Assembly: GCA_966211675.1 (NCBI GenBank)
Contig: CBIHPK010000012.1
Span: forward strand, 6,430 to 70,429
Length of the DNA: 64,000 bases
Source: an uncultured Myxococcaceae bacterium
Lineage (GTDB): Bacteria; Myxococcota_A; Polyangia; Polyangiales; Ga0077539
Direction: 5' to 3'
Below, in pieces: positions 1-6,968 of the stretch (position 1 is its first letter; each line of letters opens with the position of its first letter). The notes below the pieces were generated by a model. That model saw only the letters and a program-made list of their open reading frames with translations. It did no database searches and was not told where the DNA came from. Both the position numbers and the translations under genes were made by a program.

Positions 1-927
1 GATGGAGAGCGCATGGTCCAGGCCTTCGCGGACACCGGTCGGCGCGTGCCCTTCGCCGCGGCCGTGGGCCAGCTGCTGCGCATCGCCGACGGGCTCACGC
101 TCGCCCACTCGGTGAACGTCCGGTTGCCCTCCGGGCCGCTCGTGGTCGGGACGCTGCTGCCCTGCCAGTTCATCTTCGACGCCGAGGGGCGGTCGACGGT
201 GCTCGGGCTGGGCGACCCCGCGATCGCCCGCGCCGCGCCCCCGGGGATGCTCATCGCCCCGGAGCTGCAGCTCCGGAGGGCCCCCGATCATCGCACCGAC
301 GGCTTCGCGCTCGCGGCGATGATGCGCTCCATGGCTTCGTTCACCGAGCTTCCGCCGGTGATGGAGCGCGTCCTGGGCGGCGCCGAGCGAGGGCCGGAGC
401 GGATCCTCGGGCGGCATGTGAGGGCGTTCCAGGCGCGCATGTGGAGCGGGCCGCCGCGGCTGCGGCTCGATGCGGCGCCCGTCGCTTCGCTGGTCCGCAT
501 GCTCTGCCACGCGCTCTCCGTCGAGCCTGACGCGTCGGCCTTCGACCGCTTCGTCGCCTCGCTCATGGTCCCGGAGGCCGAGGCCGCCTCGGAGGTTCCG
601 ACGCACGTGCTGCAGGTGGCCGACGACCTCGGCTGGTTCGAGATCGACGGCGGTCCCAGGTGTCGCCTCGCGTCGCGCGCGTCGCTGCGACGACTGCTCA
701 CCGTCCTGGTCGACCATCACCGGGACCGTCCGGGCGCCGTGCTGGAGCCGGACCTGCTGCTCGCGGCGGGCTGGCCCGGCGAGCGGGTGCTGCCTGAGGC
801 CGGGCTTCACCGGGTCCACGTCGCGCTGTCCGAGCTCCGTCGGATGGGCCTGCGCTGCGCGCTGGAGCGCTTCGACACGGGCTACCGCCTGGCCCCCTCG
901 TTGGCCGTGCAGCGGGGCGCGATTTGA
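1..927 (+). CDS. Pseudokinase-like domain (C-lobe) fused to a C-terminal OmpR/PhoB-type winged-helix domain; 5' end lies outside the window
   Basis: The frame is open from nt 1, with no stop before the ATG at 13. MLIAPELQ (APE-like) and DHRTDGFALAAMM (subdomain IX-like) read as an STK C-lobe. The HRD position reads VGT and the DFG position reads LGLG. The C-terminal part (HRVHVALSELRRMGLRCALERFDTGYRL) resembles a trans_reg_C wHTH. Confidence 0.55.
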   Translation, partial: DGERMVQAFADTGRRVPFAAAVGQLLRIADGLTLAHSVNVRLPSGPLVVGTLLPCQFIFDAEGRSTVLGLGDPAIARAAPPGMLIAPELQLRRAPDHRTDGFALAAMMRSMASFTELPPVMERVLGGAERGPERILGRHVRAFQARMWSGPPRLRLDAAPVASLVRMLCHALSVEPDASAFDRFVASLMVPEAEAASEVPTHVLQVADDLGWFEIDGGPRCRLASRASLRRLLTVLVDHHRDRPGAVLEPDLLLAAGWPGERVLPEAGLHRVHVALSELRRMGLRCALERFDTGYRLAPSLAVQRGAI

Positions 928-1006
928 GCTTCTTTGACTGGTGTCGCTCGGGGCGGTCCCCGTAGATCTCCAGCGTTGGGGGATGGAGACGCCGGCGCGG
1001 CCTGAG

Positions 1007-1039
1007 CTCTCCCCGATCGGTAGAACCGGTCGGGGAGAG
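1007..1039. terminator. GC-rich hairpin between convergent genes (candidate bidirectional intrinsic terminator)
   Basis: CTCTCCCCGATCGG (1007-1020), loop TAGAA, CCGGTCGGGGAGAG (1026-1039). This gives a 14-bp stem with one mismatch. It lies between the stop at 927 (+) and the stop at 1052 (-). Confidence 0.5.
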
Positions 1040-1051
1040 CCGACAGGGTGC

Positions 1052-1672
1052 TCATCGGGTCGCGGCGATCCACGCGGGGTGCTGGCCGATGAGGGCGAGG
1101 GCCTGGGCGAGCAGGCTCTTGCCGGGCTCGCCGCGGTGCCAGGTCGAGACGCCGCTCGGGTGCGGCAGTGCGATCACGTCCGTCTCCACGCCGTGGAAGC
1201 GCGCCCGCTGCGTGGTGCCGATCACCCCGGTGAGCGGGCCGCGGTGGCCGAGCACCTGCTCGATGGCGAGAGCCCCCACCGGGAGCACCAGCTCGGGCCG
1301 GAGGATGTCCACCTCGCGCGAGAGGAAGGCCCCGCAGCGAGCCACCTCGTCGCGGTCGGGCTTGCGGTCCCCGCCGCTCGCGGCCTTCCCCGGGAAGCAC
1401 CGCGCCACCGCGGCGATGTAGACCCGCTCGCGGAAGGTCGCTTCGTTCACCCCGAGCGTCGACTCGAACCACCCGAACAGGGTCTTCCCCGCGGTCCACG
1501 CGAAGGGCCTGCCGAAGCGGCCCTCGCGGGGGCCGGGCGCCTGGCCGACCAGCAGCACGCGGCTGAGCACCGGCGGGCCGTGCACCACCGGGCCGATCAT
1601 GGAGAGGCACGCGCGGCAGGCCGCGAGGTCGCGGTGCACGGCGTCGAGCAGGGGCAGTCGGTGGTCCATCAT
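1052..1672 (-). CDS. Uracil-DNA glycosylase superfamily protein (family 4-like, probable Fe-S type)
   Basis: 206 aa. GQAPGPREGRFGRPFAWTAGKTLF resembles UDG motif A, and ALPHPSGVS resembles motif B. The Cys pattern CRAC...ARC...ARC is compatible with a 4Fe-4S cluster. Confidence 0.8.
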   Translation of the reverse strand: MMDHRLPLLDAVHRDLAACRACLSMIGPVVHGPPVLSRVLLVGQAPGPREGRFGRPFAWTAGKTLFGWFESTLGVNEATFRERVYIAAVARCFPGKAASGGDRKPDRDEVARCGAFLSREVDILRPELVLPVGALAIEQVLGHRGPLTGVIGTTQRARFHGVETDVIALPHPSGVSTWHRGEPGKSLLAQALALIGQHPAWIAATR

Positions 1673-1775
1673 CGGGGAGGAGGCGTGGTAGAGCGTCGCG
1701 CGCCGCGGCGCCAGCGGATGCCTCCACGTGATCTGTGGGCGTCACAGGGCCTGTTCGCGCATACACTCCGCGCCC

Positions 1776-3842
1776 GTGGACGCCCGCGACCTGCCGCCTG
1801 AACAACCCGCGCCGCGCGAGGTGCTGTGGCAGCAGGCGCTCATCCGCGCCTCCCTCCAGGGCCTCGAGGACGTCGCCGCCGCCGAGGCCGCCGAGGTCCT
1901 CTTCGCGCGCTCGCGCCGCGCCTCCACGGCCGCGGCCTTCTTCGACCAGCTCGGCGAGGCCGCCCTCGCCCGCGGCTTCGCCGTCGCCCGCGTGAGCGTC
2001 CTCGAGGAGCGCGCCTTCGACACCCTCGACGGCCTCGTGCGCAACCTCCTGCTCTCCCTGCGCGTCCCCGGCGCCTCCTCGCGCGCCCGCGGCTGGGCCG
2101 CCGTGCTCGATCACTTCGCCGCCGCGCACCCCTCGCCCGTCGCCGCCTTCGACCGCGCCGCCGCCCGCTTCGGCGCGGCCGGTGACCTCTCGGTGCTCTC
2201 CCGCGAGTACCTCGACGCCGCGCCCCGCTCGTCCCGCGTCGCCGCCCGCCTCGACGCCTGGGCCTCGGGCACCGAGCTCGCTCGCGTCGAGGGCCGCGTC
2301 ACCGCCCTCTCCTCCCTCACCTCGGTCACCGCCCGCCGCGCGCTCGGCGAGTTCACCCGGCTGCTCCGGGCGCTCGGCCACCACGGGCTGCTCATGGTCT
2401 TCGAGGGCGCCGAGGTGCTCACCCGCCTCTCGCCCGCGCGCCGCGACGGGAGCTTCACCGTGCTGCGCGAGCTCGTCGACAACGCCGACGGCGGCCGAGG
2501 CCTCGTCGCCGCGCAGCTCTGGGTCTCCGGCACCGCCGCCCTCTTCGACGGACCGCGCGCCATCACCGCCTTCCGCCCCCTGGCCACGCGCGTGCTCGTC
2601 ACCTCCACCTTCGAGGGGATCTTCCCCCCGCCGCACCGCGCCCTCGTGGACCTCACCCCGCTCGGCGACTGGGACCCCGGCGGCGTGCTCCCCACCGTGC
2701 GCCCCCCGCCTGCCGCCGCGGCCTCCGCGCTGCGCGCCGTGATGCGCGCCTCGCACGGCCTGCCGCCCGCGGACCCGGAGGTCTCCATGAGCGTCGGCCA
2801 CGAGCGCATCGACGCGACCATCACCGAGCTCTTCCACCACGCCGCGCTCGAGAGCTCGGTCTTCGCGCTCGTCACCGGCGTCTACGGCGCGGGGAAATCG
2901 CACCTGCTGATGCACCTCACGGCGCGCGCCCTCTCGGAGCGCCGCCCGGTGTTCCGCCTCGCGATGGAGCACCTCGACGCCGACCTCGGCAACCCGCAGC
3001 GCCACCTGCGCCGCATGCTCGACCAGGCCGTGCTCCCGCTCCCGTCGGCCCCCTCCGCGCTCGACCGCCTCGTCGCCTGGACCCGCTCCGCCGTCGGCGT
3101 CTACGACCTCCTCGCCGCGCTCGAGGACATCGCGACCACCACCACCGGCGACGCCGCGGTCGCCGCGCGCAAGGCCCTCTCCCGCGCCTCTCGCCACGCG
3201 GGCGCCGGCGTCGCGCTGGAGAGCTTCCTCGGCGCCTCCGACCTCGCGGCGCGCGTGGGCACCTCGGCCTATCGCAAGGACGCCTACCAGCGCCTCCAGC
3301 TCTGGCTCGAGCTCCTCGCTCGGATGGACGACTGCCGCGGCCCGATGATCCTCATCGACGAGGCCGAGAACCTCTACCGCGGCCTCTCCTCATCGCAGCG
3401 CCGCGCGGCCCTGCGCTCGCTGTCCTTCTACTGCGGCGGGACGCTCCCGGGCTCCTGCGTGGTGCTCGCGATCACGCCGGACGCGCTCACGTCGCTGCGC
3501 CACGAGGCGGGCGAGCTGCTCGCGGACGTGACCGAGCAGCGCACCGTGCTCCCCTCCGAGGACGCCGCGATGCTGCGCCGCCGCATCACCTGGACGCGCC
3601 CGGTGGAGGTGCCCGAGCTCGACGCCGGGCAGCGGGTGGTGCTGGCGTTCCGGGTGCGCGCGACGCACGCGAGGGTGCGCGGCGAGGTGGACGACCCGCG
3701 CTGGGCGTCGTGGGTGACCGGCGCCCTCTCCGACGCGGCGACCCCGCGCGAGCTGGTGCGCCGCGTGATCGACCGGCTGGAGGGGCTGTGGTGGCGCTCC
3801 GGGGCGGCGCCCACGGCTCACATGCTCTTGAACCAGTCGTGA
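1776..3842 (+). CDS. P-loop NTPase with internally duplicated module (BrxC/D- or DUF2791-like AAA/ORC-type ATPase); N-terminal module degenerate
   Basis: The C-terminal half has Walker A GVYGAGKSHLL and Walker B PMILIDEAENL. The N-terminal half aligns to the same module, but with FARSRRASTAA at the Walker A position and LLMVFEGAEVL at Walker B. The start is uncertain: GTG 1776 is preferred, and the track ORF starts at ATG 1728. The family call is from memory of motif spacing, not from a search. Confidence 0.6.
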   Translation: MDARDLPPEQPAPREVLWQQALIRASLQGLEDVAAAEAAEVLFARSRRASTAAAFFDQLGEAALARGFAVARVSVLEERAFDTLDGLVRNLLLSLRVPGASSRARGWAAVLDHFAAAHPSPVAAFDRAAARFGAAGDLSVLSREYLDAAPRSSRVAARLDAWASGTELARVEGRVTALSSLTSVTARRALGEFTRLLRALGHHGLLMVFEGAEVLTRLSPARRDGSFTVLRELVDNADGGRGLVAAQLWVSGTAALFDGPRAITAFRPLATRVLVTSTFEGIFPPPHRALVDLTPLGDWDPGGVLPTVRPPPAAAASALRAVMRASHGLPPADPEVSMSVGHERIDATITELFHHAALESSVFALVTGVYGAGKSHLLMHLTARALSERRPVFRLAMEHLDADLGNPQRHLRRMLDQAVLPLPSAPSALDRLVAWTRSAVGVYDLLAALEDIATTTTGDAAVAARKALSRASRHAGAGVALESFLGASDLAARVGTSAYRKDAYQRLQLWLELLARMDDCRGPMILIDEAENLYRGLSSSQRRAALRSLSFYCGGTLPGSCVVLAITPDALTSLRHEAGELLADVTEQRTVLPSEDAAMLRRRITWTRPVEVPELDAGQRVVLAFRVRATHARVRGEVDDPRWASWVTGALSDAATPRELVRRVIDRLEGLWWRSGAAPTAHMLLNQS

Positions 3843-4552
3843 CCCGGGCCCAGCAGGAACCCGATGAAGCTCCCCACCATGAGCGCGGCGATGATGAGCA
3901 GCACCGAGGTGCGCGTCGGGGGCGCCGGGGTCGAGCGCCAGCTCCGTCGCATCAGGCGCTTGGTGATGATCTGCGTGAGCGGACCGGACGGGTCGGCGCC
4001 GAGCATCACGCTCAGGCAGCGCAGCATGATCTTCTCGATGTCCGGCGCGCGCTTGTCGACCATGCCGCCCGGCACCCGCAGCTCGTTGAGCGCGACGGCG
4101 TAGATGAACGCCATCCCCACCGGCAGCTTGCCCTGGTTCTCCGGGGCGCCGAGGATCTCGCAGACCTTCGTCCACTGGTTCTGGCTCACCAGGTTCTCGA
4201 TGGTCTGCATGGTGAGCGTCGACGCGGGCGACGGGGGCATGCGCGAGTGCGTCGGCGCCGGGAGGTTGGAGGGCATCACCTCCCGCTGCTTCACCTCCTG
4301 GTAGGCCTCCGGCGGCATCGTCTCGATGAAGGTGATCTCCGTCGGCAGCTTCGCCGCGGGCGGAACCGTCGGCATCGACTGCGCCGCCTGCGCCGCGGCC
4401 CCTTCCGCCGGCGGCAGGTCGCTCACGCGCTCCGGGCTCACCGTCGCCTCGAGCAGCTCGGCCAGCGCGCGGATCGACGGCCTCTTCTCGGGGACCTGCT
4501 CGGCCTGCTCCCAGCTGTCGTCGGATTGCGCGCGGTCGGCCGGCTCGGTCAT
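3818..4552 (-). CDS. Hypothetical Pro/Ala-rich protein with C-terminal transmembrane anchor
   Basis: Internal ATG at 4552 (MTEPADRAQ) is preceded by GGAGGAGG. The C-terminal segment VLLIIAALMVGSFIGFLLG is hydrophobic. GC3 is high. The gene sits 80 nt downstream of imuB on the same strand. Confidence 0.6.
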   Translation of the reverse strand: MTEPADRAQSDDSWEQAEQVPEKRPSIRALAELLEATVSPERVSDLPPAEGAAAQAAQSMPTVPPAAKLPTEITFIETMPPEAYQEVKQREVMPSNLPAPTHSRMPPSPASTLTMQTIENLVSQNQWTKVCEILGAPENQGKLPVGMAFIYAVALNELRVPGGMVDKRAPDIEKIMLRCLSVMLGADPSGPLTQIITKRLMRRSWRSTPAPPTRTSVLLIIAALMVGSFIGFLLGPGHDWFKSM

Positions 4553-4631
4553 CGTGGGCTCTACCTCCTCCTCGGTCGCCCGCGACGATACGCCGCGCCG
4601 CCCCGCGTTGCCCACTCTCCTGCACGGTCCG

Positions 4632-6125
4632 CTACTCGTACACCCCGTCCAGGCGCCACCGCGCGGCGAGCGGGTCATACGCGATCAGGTAAAGCCCGCC
4701 GTCCTCCAGCTCGACGTCGTAGCCCTCGTGCGCGTAGGCCTCGTCCCACCAGGCTCCCTGCACGCGCCACGGCCCGCTGCACGCCACCACCCGCCCGCGC
4801 ACCTCGCCTGAGCGCACCCCCGCGGGGCCCCGATCGCCCAGCGTCACCTCGACCTCCCTCGGCGGGCGGTAGACGTGCAGGGCCATCGCTCGGCCCCCTT
4901 CCTCCCCGGGAGCGCGCGGCGTGCGCGGCGGGTCGAAGGCCGTCACCGCGGCGGCGTAGGGGCGGTGCGTGTCCGGCGACGAGGGGGCCCCCACGCGGTC
5001 GCCGCCCACCAGCGCCGCGAGCCGGGCGAGCGTGAGCGCGAGGCGATCGGGCGCCGGGCCCGGCGGGTCGAAGAGCCCGAGCTGCGTGGCGCGCAGCGGC
5101 TGCGGGAGCGCGGTGATGCGCAGGGCGCGCACGGCGTCCGGGGGCCCCTGCTTCTCCAGCGCCGCTCGCACGAGGGCGAAGAGCGTGGGGACGTCGCGCG
5201 TGGGCGACGCGAGCGGGAGCGCCCGCTCGTCGGCGACGCGGGAGACGAGCTCGAGCGAGAGCACCAGCCCGCCGACCCCGAGGCCCCGGCAGGTCAGCCG
5301 CGCCACGAGCGCGTCGAGCACCCGGCGGGTGACGAAGAGCAGCGGCTCGACGGTCTGCACCTCCCACTCGAGCTCGACGCCCTCCTCGTAGCGCGAGGGC
5401 AGCGGGTGGGGCACGAAGGCGCGGTCGTCCTCGCCGCGAGCGAGCCGCACCGCGCGGGCGGCCTCCTCGCCGAGCCGCAGCCCCGCGGCGTCGAGGGGCA
5501 GCCGCGCGAGCTCGGCGACCCGCGTGACGCCGAAGCGCCGAAGCTCCGCCCGCAGCGCCTCGGAGAGGGGCAGCGCCTCCACGGGCAGCGGGCCGAGGTA
5601 GCGCGCCTCCTCCCCCTCGGGGATCACCGTCACGCCCCCACGCCTCGCCGCCACCGCGGCCACCCCGAGGTTGCCCGCGATGCCCACGGAGACCGTCAGC
5701 CCCACGCGCCTCGGGGCCTCGCTGAGCGCCGCCCCGAGCCCGGCCTCGCTCTCGTACATCCCCGAGAGCTCCGCCGCGTCGACCCAGACCCCGTGCGGCG
5801 CCGGGGCGAGCCGGGCCCCCACCGTCGCCACCGCGTCGAGGAGCGCCGCGCGTGCCCGCTGCGCGAGCTCCGCCGAGGCGCCGCGCAGCCGCAGGTCGGG
5901 GGCCACCGCGCGGGCCTGGTGCCCGGTCTGCCCGACGGCCACGCCGAGCGCTCGCGCCGCGGCGGTGCAGGCGAGCACCCGGGCCGCGCCGTAGCCCGGC
6001 GGCAGCGCCCCGGCGCGGGCGAGGTCGTGGGCCACGTCGAGCACCGCCACGGGCTGCAGCGCGAGCTCGGGCTCGACCCGAAGCAGCGCCGAGAGGCTGA
6101 GCTCCCGCACCCTCACGAAGGCCAC
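4632..6125 (-). CDS. imuB: ImuB, Y-family-polymerase-like subunit of the ImuA-ImuB(-DnaE2) mutagenesis cassette
   Basis: About 497 aa from GTG 6125 (VAFVRVRELSLSALL). It has Y-family-like N-terminal architecture (LACTAAARALGV, GIAGNLGVAAVAAR) and the typical ImuB C-terminus. It lies immediately downstream of imuA, whose stop is at 6137. The longer track ORF (to 8009) is a high-GC artefact. Confidence 0.8.
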   Translation of the reverse strand: MAFVRVRELSLSALLRVEPELALQPVAVLDVAHDLARAGALPPGYGAARVLACTAAARALGVAVGQTGHQARAVAPDLRLRGASAELAQRARAALLDAVATVGARLAPAPHGVWVDAAELSGMYESEAGLGAALSEAPRRVGLTVSVGIAGNLGVAAVAARRGGVTVIPEGEEARYLGPLPVEALPLSEALRAELRRFGVTRVAELARLPLDAAGLRLGEEAARAVRLARGEDDRAFVPHPLPSRYEEGVELEWEVQTVEPLLFVTRRVLDALVARLTCRGLGVGGLVLSLELVSRVADERALPLASPTRDVPTLFALVRAALEKQGPPDAVRALRITALPQPLRATQLGLFDPPGPAPDRLALTLARLAALVGGDRVGAPSSPDTHRPYAAAVTAFDPPRTPRAPGEEGGRAMALHVYRPPREVEVTLGDRGPAGVRSGEVRGRVVACSGPWRVQGAWWDEAYAHEGYDVELEDGGLYLIAYDPLAARWRLDGVYE

Positions 6126-6136
6126 CCGCCGAGGGC

Positions 6137-6868
6137 TCACGGCGTCGCCGCAGCGCCCCAGCGGAAGCCCTCGCCCGGGGCCGCTCCGCCGCGCAGCCGT
6201 CGCACCATGAGCTCGGCCTCCACGCCGTCGAGCAGCGGGGCGCCGCCGATCCAGAGGGCGCGCCGACGTTGCACGGCGAGGCCCACCGCGGCGAAGGCCC
6301 CGGGGCGGAAGCGCGGGTCGCCGTCGGTCACCACCAGCAGCGCGGAGTTGGCGCCGAGGGCCCGCTGCGCGAGGCGCGCCCACGCGGAGGCCGGGACGCC
6401 CCGAGCGAGCGCCCTCGAGGGGGGAGCGCCCACGAGGTAGAGCGCGACCAGCGCGAAGCCGCCGCCGTCGAGGAGGAGGTCGGCGCAGCGGAGGGCCGCG
6501 CGCAGGTCCGCGGGGCGCACCCAGAGCAGCCGCGCCCGCTCGTCGGGGGAGAGGTCGTCGGGCTCGAGCGCGTCGGCGACGTCGATGAGGGCCACGGGCT
6601 CGCCCGCCGAGGAGGCGTGCGACAGCAGGTGCAGCGTGACGGCCATGCGCCCGGAGGAGCGCGCCCCGGAGAGCTCGCTGATGCGCCCTCGGGGCAGGCC
6701 GCCGTGGAGGGCGAGGTCGAGCGGGGCGATGCCCGTGGACACCACCCCCGGGCGCGTGCGCCCCCCCGGAGAGCGCTGCGCCGGGACCACGAGCCCCAGG
6801 TGCTGCGAGGTCTGCGCGAGCACCTGGCGGGCGGCAGCGAGGCGGAGGTCGATGGCGGCGGACGACAT
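6137..6868 (-). CDS. imuA: ImuA, RecA/SulA-fold SOS cell-division-inhibitor-like protein
   Basis: 243 aa from ATG 6868 (MSSAAIDLRL). STGIAPLDLALHGGLPRGRISELSG is the typical ImuA signature, a RecA-like fold without a canonical Walker A. An SOS box lies 25 nt upstream. Confidence 0.75.
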   Translation of the reverse strand: MSSAAIDLRLAAARQVLAQTSQHLGLVVPAQRSPGGRTRPGVVSTGIAPLDLALHGGLPRGRISELSGARSSGRMAVTLHLLSHASSAGEPVALIDVADALEPDDLSPDERARLLWVRPADLRAALRCADLLLDGGGFALVALYLVGAPPSRALARGVPASAWARLAQRALGANSALLVVTDGDPRFRPGAFAAVGLAVQRRRALWIGGAPLLDGVEAELMVRRLRGGAAPGEGFRWGAAATP

Positions 6869-6892
6869 GGCAGTGGCCACTGCACAGGGTAC

Positions 6893-6906
6893 TGAACAAG
6901 TGTTCA
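6893..6906. promoter_or_regulatory. Candidate LexA (SOS) operator, GAAC-N4-GTTC type
   Basis: TGAACAAGTGTTCA is a perfect palindrome containing GAAC-AAGT-GTTC. It sits in the 100-nt divergent region between imuA (start 6868) and the lipoprotein gene (start 6969). The reverse complement TTGAACACTTGTTCAGT matches 15 of 17 positions of the Myxococcus LexA box as I recall it (CTRHAMRYBYGTTCAGS). Confidence 0.65.
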
Positions 6907-6968
6907 AAGGCCAATGTCTCGAAGGGCGAACGGAGGGCGCGTCTTGGGGTAGAACCGCCGCCCCGACG

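Noticed and set aside
882-3197. 771-aa ORF on the minus strand overlapping the UDG and ATPase genes
   Set aside because: Its composition is low-complexity Arg/Gly/Ala/Glu, typical of an off-frame reading of high-GC DNA. It conflicts with two ORFs that carry real catalytic motifs.
1-3842. Idea that kinase + BrxD-like ATPase represents a type 2 BREX (Pgl) locus
   Set aside because: No PglX methyltransferase, PglZ phosphatase, PglY or helicase is present in the visible sequence. The kinase-like protein is small, catalytically dead and carries a wHTH. The idea is kept only as a family-level resemblance of the ATPase.
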